Assembly: GCF_006345805.1 (NCBI RefSeq) | Contig: NW_021833730.1 | Span: forward strand, 1-55,185 | Source: Octopus sinensis | Taxonomy: Eukaryota | Length of the DNA: 55,185 nt | Direction: 5' to 3' | Shown here: piece after piece, positions 13,935 through 26,000 of the stretch | Position numbering within the stretch: the first letter of the stretch is position 1 | Layout of the letters: each line of letters opens with the position of its first letter | Program-made: the position numbers and the translations under genes | The notes under the pieces: model-generated | The model's database searches: none | What the model was told of the DNA's origin: nothing | What the model saw: only the letters and a program-made list of their open reading frames with translations

Positions 13935-13975
13935 TATATATATATACATACACATATATATACATTACATTATGA
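13455..13975. repeat. (TA)/(CA) microsatellite with a thrice-repeated ttttttaaaaattaat unit
   Basis: Unit near 13580, 13790 and 13878. Confidence 0.9.
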
Positions 13976-14311
13976 AATTTATTTTTTGAAAATTCCAATT
14001 TTAATTTTTCTCCACTAATTATAATCACTGGAACTTCGTTTGTCATTAATTAAACGTCAACGACAACAACAACAACAATAATTAAAAGAAGAAAATTGTA
14101 ATTAATTTCTATAGAGAAACGAAGTTTTCATTAATTGATAACACGGCAGACGAAGGGGAGAGAGAGACACACAGACATGCATGCTAATATTAAACACCCC
14201 CCTGCCAAAAAAAAAAAAAATACATCGCTTCCACACCAAACCCCCTCCTGGGACCTGCTGTTTCCACACTCACCCTCATCTCTCACCATCAAAGGTATAT
14301 TATACTCCGGA

Positions 14312-14720
14312 TGAAGGCGGCGAGCTGGCAGAATCGTTAGCACGTCGGGCGAAATGCTTAGCTGTATTTCGGCTGCCGTTACGTTGTGAGTTCAAATTCC
14401 GCCGAGGTCGACTTTGCCTTTCATCCTTTCAGGGTCGATAAATTAAGTACCAGTTACGCACTGGGGTCGACGTAATCGACTGAATACCTATGTCTGTCCT
14501 TGTTTGTCCCCTCTGTGTTTAGCCCCTCGTGGGTAGTAAAGAAATAGGTATTTCGTCTGCCGCTACGTTCTGAGTTCAAATTCCGCCGAGGTCGACTTTG
14601 CCTTTCGTCCTTTCAGGGTTGATAAATTAAGTACCAGTTACGCACTGGGGTCGATATAATCGACTTAATGTTTGTCCCCTCTATGTTTAGCCCCTTGTGG
14701 GTAATAAAGAAATAGGTATA
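14312..14720 (+). mobile_element. tRNA-derived SINE family C, tandem dimer; degraded third copy at ~14790-14940
   Basis: B-box gagttcaaattcc; central gcctttcatcctttc.gggtcgataaattaagtaccag (resembles the Meta-SINE domain as I recall it); same dimer at 46375-46790; minus-strand fragments at 29760-29885 and 30080-30225. Confidence 0.75.
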
Positions 14721-14946
14721 TTATACTACAGATATGTACCACTCTCACACTTAAAATGGTAAATTCTACATCAATATTAACCCCACCAAAAGATGGTAAG
14801 CTGACAGAATGGTTAGCAAAATGCTCGGCGGCATTTTGTCTGTCTTTATGTTCTGAGTTCAAATTCCATCAAAATCACCTTTACCTTTCATCCTTTCAGG
14901 GATGATAAAATAAATACCAGTTGAACACCAGGAGGCGATGAAATTG

Positions 14947-15366
14947 GGATCTTTTCGGTTTGAACGGCAGTTTTTTCTAGCGGTGTCATATGAAATTGTC
15001 ACCCATAATTATGACCCTAGTATCGATCTATTGCATTTCAATCTATTTTAGTTTTAGGGTTAGGGGTGAGGGGAAGGGTATCTTTTTTTCTTCGGAAATG
15101 TAAATAAACCTAATCTGTTTCTTAAACGAGGGACATATTCATACGGCACAGAATGTTTTTTTTACCTCAATAGATGTCATTGATTGGTTGAAATTGCAGA
15201 AATTGAAGAAAAAAAACAACAAATATCTTAGAAACTATAGAATTTTCTCAATAAAACCAAGAGAAAAAGATGTTTTATAAAAACAATCTACCAGTATACG
15301 AAGTTTAAAAGTGTTTAGTTACGTGGAAATTATTTTTAAAAACTGCTGTTCAAACCGAAAAGATCC
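14947..15366. mobile_element. GGATC-TIR MITE with 8-bp TSD
   Basis: TIR ggatcttttcggtttgaacggcag; perfect TSD tgaaattg at 14939-14946 and 15367-15374. Confidence 0.9.
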
Positions 15367-15472
15367 TGAAATTGATTCTTCCCCCTCTCCACAAATTTCA
15401 GGCCTTGTACCTATACTAGAAAGGATTATTATTATCATTATCATTATTATTATTATTATATTTATTATTATT

Positions 15473-15694
15473 ATTACCTCTGCCTTTGCTAAGGCAGAGG
15501 TATTGTTTCCAGTCATGGTTGTTTATCCGTGGACAAGATCGATCCCAAAATCTAATCAGTTTGTGTCAGTCACAAGGTGAAGCATCCCTGAAAGTTTCAT
15601 CTGAATCCATCCAGCGGTTCTTGAGATATCTTGTCCACAGACAAACAAACATGACTGAAAACAATACCTCTGCCTTACCAAAGGCAGAGGTAAT
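15473..15694. mobile_element. MITE-like element with ~45-bp TIRs, each containing a hairpin (acctctgcct...aggcagaggt)
   Basis: Left attacctctgcctttgctaaggcagaggtattgtttccagtcatg is the inverse of the right end; flanked by (ATT)n and (AAT)n. Confidence 0.75.
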
Positions 15695-16322
15695 AATAAT
15701 AATAATAATAATATAATAATAATAATAATAAAACATTGTGTACAGTGCTCAGGTGCACTACAACTCATCTAAAGTGTATATATAATCAGGTGTAGTTTCG
15801 GCGGATTTCGGAAAGCATGAGGGCCTTAAAGGATGCAGTGTCATGGCAGTCAACAACTGACACAGGCAGTTTGTTCCATGCTTCAGCAACTCTTAGCATG
15901 AAAAAATGTTTCCGAAAGTCATGGGAGCTGTGCTGTTTTCTGACTTTGTAGGCATGTCCACGTGTGTTAGACACATGGAGATCAAAAAGGTGTTCAGTGT
16001 TGTTGTTGGTGAGGTGGTTGATAACTTTGTGGGTGTTTACCAAGTCCGTCGCCAGACGCCGGAGCTTCAGTGAATCCATGCCCAGGGAAACAAGGCGCTC
16101 AGAATATGGTAGGTGTCTGATGGAGGGTATGCGTTTGGTTGCACGTCTCTGGACAGATTCCAGGAGGTCAATGTTCTGAGCAAGATAGGGGTTCCAAACT
16201 GATGATGCGAATTCCAAGTGTGGTCGTACCATAGCTGTATACAGTTTTAAATAGATGGCTGGAGAGCGGCTAACAAAACTCTTGCTGGGTGATGCCAAGA
16301 CACCCTCGGCCTTCTTGACAAT
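15695..16322 (-). mobile_element. 5'-truncated CR1/L2-group LINE, ORF2 C-terminus plus 3' UTR and (ATT)n tail
   Basis: ORF 15786-16298 VRPHLEFASSVWNPY...LESVQRRATK...TRGH...HFF..RV..AWNKLP. Confidence 0.9.
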
Positions 16323-16829
16323 TTTAGAGATAATAATAATAATTAATTCTTTTTATTGGCCACAAGGGCTGACAAATATGATTGGAAAACATAAAGGGAC
16401 AAAACAGGACAAAAGGTTACAAAAGGTTTTGTCCGTTTTTCGAAAGAAAAAAGTCTGTGTAAACAAACTTTACAACAAAGAAAAAATTCAACAATTTACA
16501 AAACTCCCAATAGAGGAGACGCTTCTAAAAAATAAAAGGTCTCACGTGGAAAAACCCATAAAAGCCACGGGAGCCTGGTCAAAAGGGGGGTAGAGAGCCC
16601 CCTTTCTCCTTTTATAATACCTTTTTCAATTACAGATGAAACCTGAGAATTGGTCCATTTATACTGGCCATTCTTGCACAATTCACCCACCTTTCAGAAA
16701 ACTTGCTATCAGACAACACTCTCCTCTCTAACCTCATCTTCCTTTTCAAGTGAAACACATAATTACACATGCAATCACTCACTCACACACACACACGCAC
16801 ATTTTGAACCTGGGTTCTCATTCCTAAGG

Positions 16830-17102
16830 TAGTTTTCAATAGAATAATAATGTCGGTTTCCCTTCAGAGAACGCGTACACCAGTTCTACATTGCGACGAG
16901 AAATAAACAGCCATTTTGCTGTGTTCGTAGATCGCCTGACTTGTCTGTTATTTTAACTAAAATTGAATGAGACGGGATCAGATCGGACACCCCTCCAGTG
17001 TTACCGAAACTGATCCTGTATTAATGTCACTACCTGGAATCGAACTCGGAATCTTGGGAATAGTAAGTAGCCCATGCTTTTAACAATTACGCCATATGCC
17101 TG
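16830..17102 (-). mobile_element. Further tRNA-derived SINE-like repeat
   Basis: Minus strand reads ggcatatggcgtaattg (A-box-like) and gagttcgattcc (B-box-like). Confidence 0.45.
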
Positions 17103-17109
17103 TGGCAAT

Positions 17110-18785
17110 TTAGGGATTGAATTTTAAGGCTTATAAATCTAATATTTTCCTATCCTTCCTTAATACTGGTTCCCAGAGGTTGTTGTGTCCTAGCATATGT
17201 GCTGCTTCTTTAAGTTTTCATATTTTCCACTGGTGTTCTCTGTCTATTATTTTAACTTCATCCCACAGGGGAAGGTGGTCTCCGTTTTTCCAAACATGAT
17301 CAGCTATACCCGATTTATCAATATCTCCTCGTGTCACAACTTTGCAATGTTCCTCAACCCTTATTCTGATGGGGGAGGCATGTTTTGCCTTTGTATAACC
17401 TACCACAGCTGCATGGGATGGACTACACGCAGTCTTTGGTCATATTCTCTTCTATTGATGGTTTTACCCAAAGGAGATATTTACGAAGTGTTGTATTACT
17501 CCTGAATACTGTTCTTCTGTCATAAGGGCTGCATATCTTTTGTATCTTTTTGGAGAGGCCTTTCACATAAGGTAGACAGACTGTAGACAGTTTATTGGTT
17601 TCATCCTCTCTTTTCATCATAATTGGAGCAGAGGGATCTTTTCTTTTTAAACGGCAGACAATTTCTAGTTAACTAATCACTTTAAAACTTCGTATACTGG
17701 TAGAATGTGTCAAAATAAAACATTTTTTTCTCTTGGCTTTGAGAAAATTGTAATTTGTTTGTTTAACGTAGTTTAATTTTTCGAATTTTAACCAATCCTA
17801 TGCTCTCTTTTGAGTTAAAATCATTTGCTGCGTCTAAAACTGAGACAACATCCTGTAACTAACCCTAAACCTCCCCCCTAATCCTAACCCTAATTTTTTT
17901 TTTTTCTTAATTGTTAAATTAATTTAATTGTTACGCGTGTAAAAAAACTAAAGCAATGGAATTAAGTTAATTTAACAATTAAGAAAAAAAAATTAGGATT
18001 AGGGTTAGGGTTAGGAGAGGTTTAGGGTTAGTTACAGGATGTTGTCTCAGTTTTAGACGCAGCAAATGATTTTAGTTGAATGGAGGTAATCGATTCAACA
18101 AATTGCCGAAATGCTCGGATTTTCTGACAAAATATCTTACAAACTATAGAATTTTCTCAATAAAACCAAGAGAAAATGATGTTTTATAAACACATTCTAC
18201 CAGTATACGAAGTTTAAAAGTGTTTAGTTACATGGAAATTATTTTAAAAAACTGCCGTTCAAACCGAAAAGATCCCTGTTTCTTAAACGAGGGACATATT
18301 CATACGGCAAAGAATGTTTTCACCTCAATAGACATCAGTGATTGGTTGAAATTGCAAAAATTGAAGAAAAAAACCCAACAAATATCTTACAAACTATAGA
18401 ATTTCCTCAATAAAGCCAAGAGAAAAAGATGTTTTATAAACACATTCTACCGATATACGAAGTTTAAAATTGTTTAGTTAACTGGAAATTGTGTTGACAT
18501 CTGCCGTTCAAAAGGAAAAGATCCTAGTGGAGTGTATGCTTAATAGTTTGTTACTGAGCTTGATCATTTCTTCGTGGTGGGTATCACGATCGCTACTTAT
18601 ATTCTTTGCTCGATGTTTGGGGCACTGAGCAACCCCTCTCTTTACATTGTATGGATGTTGGAATTGAAGTTGAGGAATCGCCCAGTGAAGGTCGGCTTGT
18701 GGTATACGGATGTCCTGAATCCATACTTGGTGCATGTTATTAATATGTCAAAGAATGCTAAAAAAAATAGACAATCAGCTTGCAT
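17110..18785 (-). mobile_element. Penelope-like retroelement remnant (RT C-terminus and GIY-YIG), split by a MITE
   Basis: 18525-18785 FFDILIT...TSVYHKPTFTGRFLNFNS / HPYNVKRG; 17218-17620 LPYVKGLS...CV*SIPC...RIRVEEHC...SGIADHVW; stops and frameshifts present. Confidence 0.85.
17634..18524. mobile_element. Compound GGATC-TIR MITE with internal long inverted repeat, inserted into the Penelope-like element
   Basis: TIRs at 17634, 18275 and 18524; internal palindrome ~17820-18070; degenerate 8-bp TSD gagcagag / tagtggag. Confidence 0.8.
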
Positions 18786-19156
18786 TGGAAACACTCCGTC
18801 GGTTACGACGATGAGGGTTCCGGTTGATCCGATCAACAGAACAGCCTGCTCGTGAAATTAACGTGTAAGTGGCTGAGCACACCACAGACACGTGTACCCT
18901 TAACGTAGTTCTCGGGTATATTCAGCGTGACACAGAGAGTGACAAGGCCGGCCCTTTGAAATACAGGTATAACAGAAACAGGAAGTAAGAGTGAGAGAAA
19001 GTTGTGGTGAAAGAGTACAGCAGGGATCACCACCATCCCCTGCCGGAGCCTCGTGGAGGTTTTAGGTGTTTTCGCTCAATAAACACTCACAACGCCCGGT
19101 CTGGGAATCGAAACCGCGAGTCTGCTGCCCTAACCACTGGGCCATTGCGCCTCCAC
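18786..19156 (-). mobile_element. SINE family A, full length; abuts the Penelope RT remnant
   Basis: Reverse complement of 38-421. Confidence 0.85.
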
Positions 19157-19464
19157 TATCAGCTTGCATTAGCCATACTGGCAAGGGTTACATGGTTTTG
19201 ACAGCTGCATTTTTAGCTCTGGCATGGACTTTACAGAGTGGACTGAATGCTTTTCATGTGACCCTAACACCACAGGGTAGCATGGTTTTGACAATAAGCT
19301 CAACACAAGGAAGCAACAGATAAAGCCACGCAGAATAATAAAATTTTATGACAGTCTTAGTTGTCTCCCTTGCATTTTGCACCTGAACTCTAATCGAGTA
19401 CCTGGGTTTATTGAATTTAAATTGACGTCGGCGGGACTTGGAAATGGAAAGGTAAAGTGACTGC

Positions 19465-19847
19465 ACTCTTTTACTTGTTTCAGTCATTTGACTGCGGCCA
19501 TGCTGGAGCACCGCCTTTAATCGAGCAACTCGACCCCGGGACTTATTCTTTGTAAGCCCAGTACTTATTCTATCGGTCTCTTTTTTGCCGAACTGCTAAG
19601 TAACGGGGGACACAAACACACCAGCATCGGTTGTCAAGCAATGCTAGGGGGACAAACACAGACACACAAACACATACATTTATACGACAGGCTTCTTTCA
19701 GTTTCTGTCTACCAAATCCACTCACAAGGTTTTGGTCGGCCCGGGGCTATAGCAGAAGACACTTGCCCAAGGTGCCACGCAGTGGGACTGAACCCGGAAC
19801 CATGTGGTTGGTTAGCAAGCTACTTACCACACAGCCACTCCTGCGCC

Positions 19848-19850
<3 letters not shown>
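19465..19850 (-). mobile_element. SINE family B, full
   Basis: Identity to 6700-7152. Confidence 0.85.
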
Positions 19851-19879
<29 letters not shown>

Positions 19880-20091
19880 AATTAGGGTATCTACGAGATA
19901 CCACCATGCTGAAAATAGCAGCCATGATCTGACCATGGCTGCTATTTTCAGCATGGTGGTATCTCGTAGATACCCTAATTTATAATTTTAATAATTATTA
20001 CCTTCGAAGGTTATTTTTTCCATGCTGGACACTTGATAAAATCGTTATTTTATTTTAAATTAACGATCTTATCCTTATTTATAGAAATTCC

Positions 20092-20510
20092 GCAGCAGGA
20101 GTGGATGTGTGGTAAGTAGCTTGCTTACCAATCACATGGTTCCGGGTTCAGTCCTACTGCGTGGCACCTTGGGCAAGTGTCTTCTGCTATAGCCTCGGGC
20201 CGACCAAAGCCTTGTGAGTGGATTTGGTAGACGGAAACTGAAAGAAGCCCGTTGTATATATGTATATATATATATATATATATATGCATGTGTGTGTTTG
20301 TGTGTCTGTGTTTGTCCCCCTAGCATTGCTTGACAACCGATGCTGGTGTGTTTGTGTCCCCGTTACTTAGCGGTTCGGCAAAAGAGACTGATAGAATAAG
20401 TACTGGGCTTACAAAAAAGAATAAGTTCCGGGGTCGAGTTGCTTGATTAAAGGCGGTGCTCCAGCATGGCCGCGGTCAAATGACTGAAACAAGTAAAAGA
20501 GTAAAGAGTA
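20092..20510 (+). mobile_element. SINE family B, full; inverted relative to both neighbours
   Basis: cgcagcaggagtggatgtgtggtaag head through acaagtaaaagagtaaagagt tail. Confidence 0.85.
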
Positions 20511-20717
20511 GGAGTGTTGGGACCGGTCCCTCTGGTGCAAGGCACTCATAGTGATGTCACATAAAGGCACCTGTGCGGTGCCACATAAAAGTGCCTGAGC
20601 AGCGTCTCACAGAAGGGCCCAGCACAAGTCTTGTGCAGCTCCCAGGCTTTGGTCTCACCATCCGACCCATGCCAGCTTGGACAACGGACGTTAAATGATA
20701 ATGATGATGATGATATA

Positions 20718-21139
20718 TACTCTTTTACTCGTTTCAGTCATTTCACTGTGTCCATGCTGGAGCACTGCCTTCAGTCGAAGAAATCGACCCCTCAGGGCTT
20801 ATTCTTTGTAAGCCTAGTACTTATTCTGTCAGTCTCTTTTTGTCGAACCGCTAAGTTACAGGGACGTAAACACACCAGCATCGGTTGTCAAGTGATGTTG
20901 GGCAGTGGAGGGGCAAACACAGACACACACATGTATATACGACGGCCTTCTTTCAGTTTCCGTCTACCAAATCCACTCACAAAGCTTTGGTCGGCCCGAG
21001 GCTATAGTGGAAGACACTTTGCCCAAGATGCCACGCAGTGGGACTGAACTCGGAACCATGTGGTTGGAAAGCAAGCTACTTACCACACGGCCACTCTTGC
21101 ACCTGTATGTGTAATATACATACATACATATATATATAA

Positions 21140-21182
<43 letters not shown>

Positions 21183-21189
21183 TATATAA

Positions 21190-21230
<41 letters not shown>

Positions 21231-21392
21231 TATGACGGGCTTCTTTCAGTTTCCGTCTACCAAATCCTCTCACAAGGTTTTGGTCGGCCCGGGGCTATAG
21301 CAGAAGACACTTGGTCAAGGTGCCACGCAGTGGGACTGAAACCGGAACCATGTGATTGGTTAGCAAGCTACTTACCACACAGCCACGCCTGT
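20718..21392 (-). mobile_element. SINE family B full copy plus a second head
   Basis: Identity to other copies; heads end near 21100 and 21392. Confidence 0.8.
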
Positions 21393-21428
21393 GGCTATTA
21401 TTCTTCCCATTACTAGTAATAGTAGTAA

Positions 21429-21475
<47 letters not shown>

Positions 21476-21861
21476 ATGAAAATTTTTTTAATTAAAGATT
21501 TTTTTTAGTATTTTTTCCACAAGATTTACACAGTTTTTATTGGTTATTAATATTGATTTTATTCATCGTAAGCTTTGGCAGTTCCTAAAACAGAAATAAA
21601 AACCTTCATTTTGTGAAGTGTCACTGTTAAAAAACATCTTTTAATTATTATTATTATTAATTATCATTATTATTAATATTATTGTCATTGTTGCTGTTTT
21701 CATAATTACTGTTTCTGTGTGTTTGTGTATGTCTCTGTTCAATGTGTGTGCTTGCGTGCATGCATGCGTGTGTGTGTGTGGGTGCATGTGTGTGTTTGTG
21801 TGTGTGTGTGTGTGCATGTGTGTGTGTGTGTGCATGTGTGCGTTTGTGTGTGTGTGCATGC

Positions 21862-21893
<32 letters not shown>

Positions 21894-22098
21894 TGGGTTT
21901 TGTAATCACATAGATATACTTCAGGAATAAGTTTCATTTACTTGTGTGTGTGTGTGTGTGTAATTATATATATATATCTTAAGCAAGTTCCTTGATGGCG
22001 TAAGCCTCTTCTTTGCTCCATTTATGTCTTGTATATGTATATTTGTATACATGTATATATGTGCATGAGAACATGCATGCATATATAGATATCTATGC

Positions 22099-22137
<39 letters not shown>

Positions 22138-22170
22138 GTATGCACACACACACGTTGGTATATATCTATA

Positions 22171-22210
<40 letters not shown>

Positions 22211-22534
22211 AATTAAGGACTGAACACGAAAAGGTGGACAGTCAACATGCTAGATATAGACGTCAAATCGCCATTCTCCACAAGGATTATGTTCTCAAAT
22301 AAAAATAAAAATAAAAATAAAAATAAAAATAAAAATTTTTATTTTTATTTTTATTTGAGAACATAATCCTTGTGGAGAATGGCGATTTGACGTCTATATC
22401 TAGCATGTTGACTGTCCACCTTCTCGTGTTCAGTCCTTAATTGGTATATATAAATATTTTAATCTTCGGATTCTTTTTAATGTGCTAGACCACTGGTTTT
22501 AATTGACTTATATCAATTTCTACCCTTAATTTTT

Positions 22535-22576
<42 letters not shown>

Positions 22577-22731
22577 ACTCTCTACTCTTTTACTCTTTTA
22601 CTTGTTTCAGTCATTTGACTGCGGCCATGCTGGAGCACCGCCTCTAGTCGAGCAAATCGACCCCGGACTTATTCTTTTGTAAGCCCAGTACTTATTCTAT
22701 CGGTCTCTTTTGCCGAACCGCTAAGTAACGG

Positions 22732-22774
<43 letters not shown>

Positions 22775-22981
22775 AACGTGTTTTTGAAAGTATGAATGGA
22801 AGTGTGTATGTATGTGTATATATATTTGTATGTGTGTACAAATTATGTGTGTGTATGTGTGTGGAGGGCTCTAAATGCCAATTAAATCTTCCAATAGTAA
22901 AAGCCGCCACTTGTCTGCAACACGTATGTTATTGGGCATGTGTGTGTGTGTGTGTATACGTGCATGGTTGTGTGTCTGTGC

Positions 22982-23053
22982 CTAAATCTCAAGAAAGTCT
23001 TTCAGTAATGTCAGTCTCCTCTTCTCAGCAACATCCATCTGGTTTTCCAAATC
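22982..23053 (-). CDS. ARIH2: ARIH2 last coding exon [23 protein letters not shown]-stop(TAG), 72 nt
   Basis: attttccag acceptor; conserved DLENQM..AE.RR..LLKDF C-terminus. Confidence 0.96.
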   Translation of the reverse strand, partial: DLENQMDVAEKRRLTLLKDFLEI

Positions 23054-26000
23054 CTGGAAAATATTAAAGGAAAAAGAAAAATAATTAAATAATAAATAAT
23101 TAAAAGCAATTACGATAGGCAATTATAAGAAGAAACACCATATTTTTTGGCGGCAATCTTTCATCTCTAGTAGACCTTTCCGTCGATTTCCGTAAAAAAT
23201 TTTCTTTTTTTTATATATGGGCTTACAAGACGCAGCAAATGATTTTAACTCAAAAGAGAGCATAGGATTGGTTAAAATTCGAAAAATTAAACAACGTTAA
23301 ACAAACAAATTACAATTTTCTCAAGAAAGCCAAGAGAAAAAAATGTTTTATTTTGACACATTCTACCAGTATACGAAGTTTAAAAGTGTTTAGTTAACTA
23401 GAAATTGTGTTGACATCTGCCGTTCAAAAGGAAAAGATCCCTCCACTCCAATTATGATGAAAAGAGGGGATGAAACCAATAAACTGTCTACAGTCTGTCT
23501 ACCTTATGTGAAAGGCCTCTCCAAAAAGATACAAAAGATATGCGGCCCTTATGACAGAAGAACAGTATTCAGGAGTAATACAACACTTCGTAAATATCTC
23601 CTTTGGGTAAAACCATCAATAGAAGAGAATATGACCAAAGACTGTGTGTAGTCCATCCCATGCAGCTGTGGTAGGTTATACAAAGGCAAAACATGCCTCC
23701 CCTCAGAATAAGGGTTGAGGAACATTGCAAAGTTGTGACACGAGGAGATATTGATAAATCGGGTATAGCTGATCATGTTTGGAAAAACGGAGACCACCTT
23801 CCCGTGTGGGATGAAGTTAAGGCAATCTTTCGTCTCTAGTAGACCTTTCCGTCGATTTCCGTAAAAAATTTTTTTTTTTTTTTACATATGGGCTTGCAGG
23901 AACTTTTGAAGTAATGAGAGCGAAAGAGACTAAGAGAAAGCGATTGTATGACGAGGGAAGTTCTTTGGAAGTTACCCTGCATGGGAAGCATTGATGTACA
24001 TGTGTGTGTGTGAACTTCAAAAGTTCCCGCAAGCCCATATGTAAAAAAAAAAAATGTTTTTTATGGAAATCGACAGAAAGGTATACTAGAGACGAAAGAT
24101 TGCCAGTAATGAGAGCGAAAGAGACTAAGAGAAAGCGATTGTATGACGAGGGAAGTTCTTTTGAAGTTACCGTGCATGGGAAGCATTGATGTACATGTGT
24201 GTGTGTGTGTGTGTTTGATGGGGTGTGGGAGACAGACAGTATGTTGTGTAAGTGAAGTGCTTCTGTTAGTGTGTGTGAAGAGACAGAGTAATGTGTGAAA
24301 GAAAGAGATAACTGAAATTTTTTACTCGGTGTATGTGTATATGTATGTATATTACTTCAAAAGTTCCTGCAAGCCCATATGTAAAAAAAAAAAATTTTTT
24401 TACGAAAATCGACGGAAAGGTCTACTAGAGACGAAAGATCGCCTTTTAGGCATATAAAACACAATTTTAAAATCAAAAGTATGTTTCAAAATACCACGCT
24501 GGGTCTTGTATGCAAAGTTGGGCCTATATTATATGCTTTAATGCTTTACAAAGCTGTTTCCCTGAATATGCACTGCTGACATTCGGGTCTGTCTAATATC
24601 CTTTCTGGATGGAAGCACTCCGTCGGTTACGACGACGAGGGTTCCGGTTGATCCGAATTAATGGAACAGCCTGCTCGTGAAATTAACGTGTAAGTGGCTG
24701 AGCACTCCACAGACACGTGTACCCTTAACGTAGTTCTCGGGGATATTCAGCGTGACACAGAGAGTGACAAGGCCGGCCCTTTGAAATACAGGTACAACAG
24801 AAACAGGAAGTAAGAGTGAGAGAAAGTTGTGGTGAAAGAGTACAGCAGGGATCACCACCACTCCCTGCCGGAGCCTCGTGGAGCTTTAGGTGTTTTCGCT
24901 CAATAAACACTCACAACGCCCGGTCTGGGAATCGAAACCGCGATCCTACGACCGTGAGTCCGCTGCCCTAACCACTGGGCCATTGCGCCTCCACAATATC
25001 CTTTCTACTAAAGACACAACCGAAAAGATCCCAGGCGTTGAGTAAAACATTGGTTCCATGGGAGATAACTTCGACTGTATTACATTTATCTCCCTTGGTT
25101 ATCAAACCCGTCCTCATAATTGTAACCTATGGTGATGGATTCTATTTTTACCGCTGTTCGTAGTAACACTTAATATTATACGTTTGATTAATGGACAATC
25201 GATCAGTATATATATACACGCTGAGATTGGTGAAGCATGGAACAAACTGCCGGCATCAGTTGTTAGTTGTTGGAGCACTGCATCCTTCAAAACTTCCATG
25301 CTTCCTGAGAGATTCGCCAACACTACACCTGATTTTCTCCCCTCCATACACACGCTGAAGCATGGAACAAACTGCCGGTATCAGTTGTTAGTTGTCGGAG
25401 CACTGCATCCTTCAAAACTTCCACGCTTCCTGAGAGATTCGCCAACACTACACCTGATTTTCTCCCCTCCATACACACGCTGAAGCATGGAACAAACTGC
25501 CGGCATCAGTTGTTAGTTGTCGGAGCACTGCATCCTTCAAAACTTCCATGCTTCCTGAGATTCGCCAACACTACACCTGATTTTCTCCCCTCCATACACA
25601 CGCTGAAGCATGGAACAAACTGCCGGCATCAGTTGTTAGTTGTCGGAGCACTGCATCCTTCAAAACTTCCATGCTTCCTGAGATTCGCCAACACTACACC
25701 TGATTTTCTCCCCTCCATACACACGCTGAAGCATGGAACAAACTGCCGGCATCAGTTGTTAGTTGTCGGAGCACTGCATCCTTCAAAACTTCCATGCTTC
25801 CTGAGATTCACCAACACTACACCTGATTTTCTCCCCTCCATACACACACAAGCATGTATCTGACTCATACATTGTTCGCTTTCCAGACATTTGTACATTA
25901 CTGCATATAATTTATATGTGGTGCACCTGAGCACTGTATACAATAATTTCATTATTATTATTATTAGAGAGATTTGGGATCTTTTCGGTTTGAACGGCAG

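Noticed and set aside
14269-14310. Minus-strand YNIPLMVRDEG followed by a gtgagt donor (cadherin-like look)
   Set aside because: Only ~11 codons, abuts a SINE, no good acceptor, and no partner exons found
17860-18030. Telomeric (TTAGGG)n seed
   Set aside because: Only 2-4 imperfect units, part of the MITE internal inverted repeat
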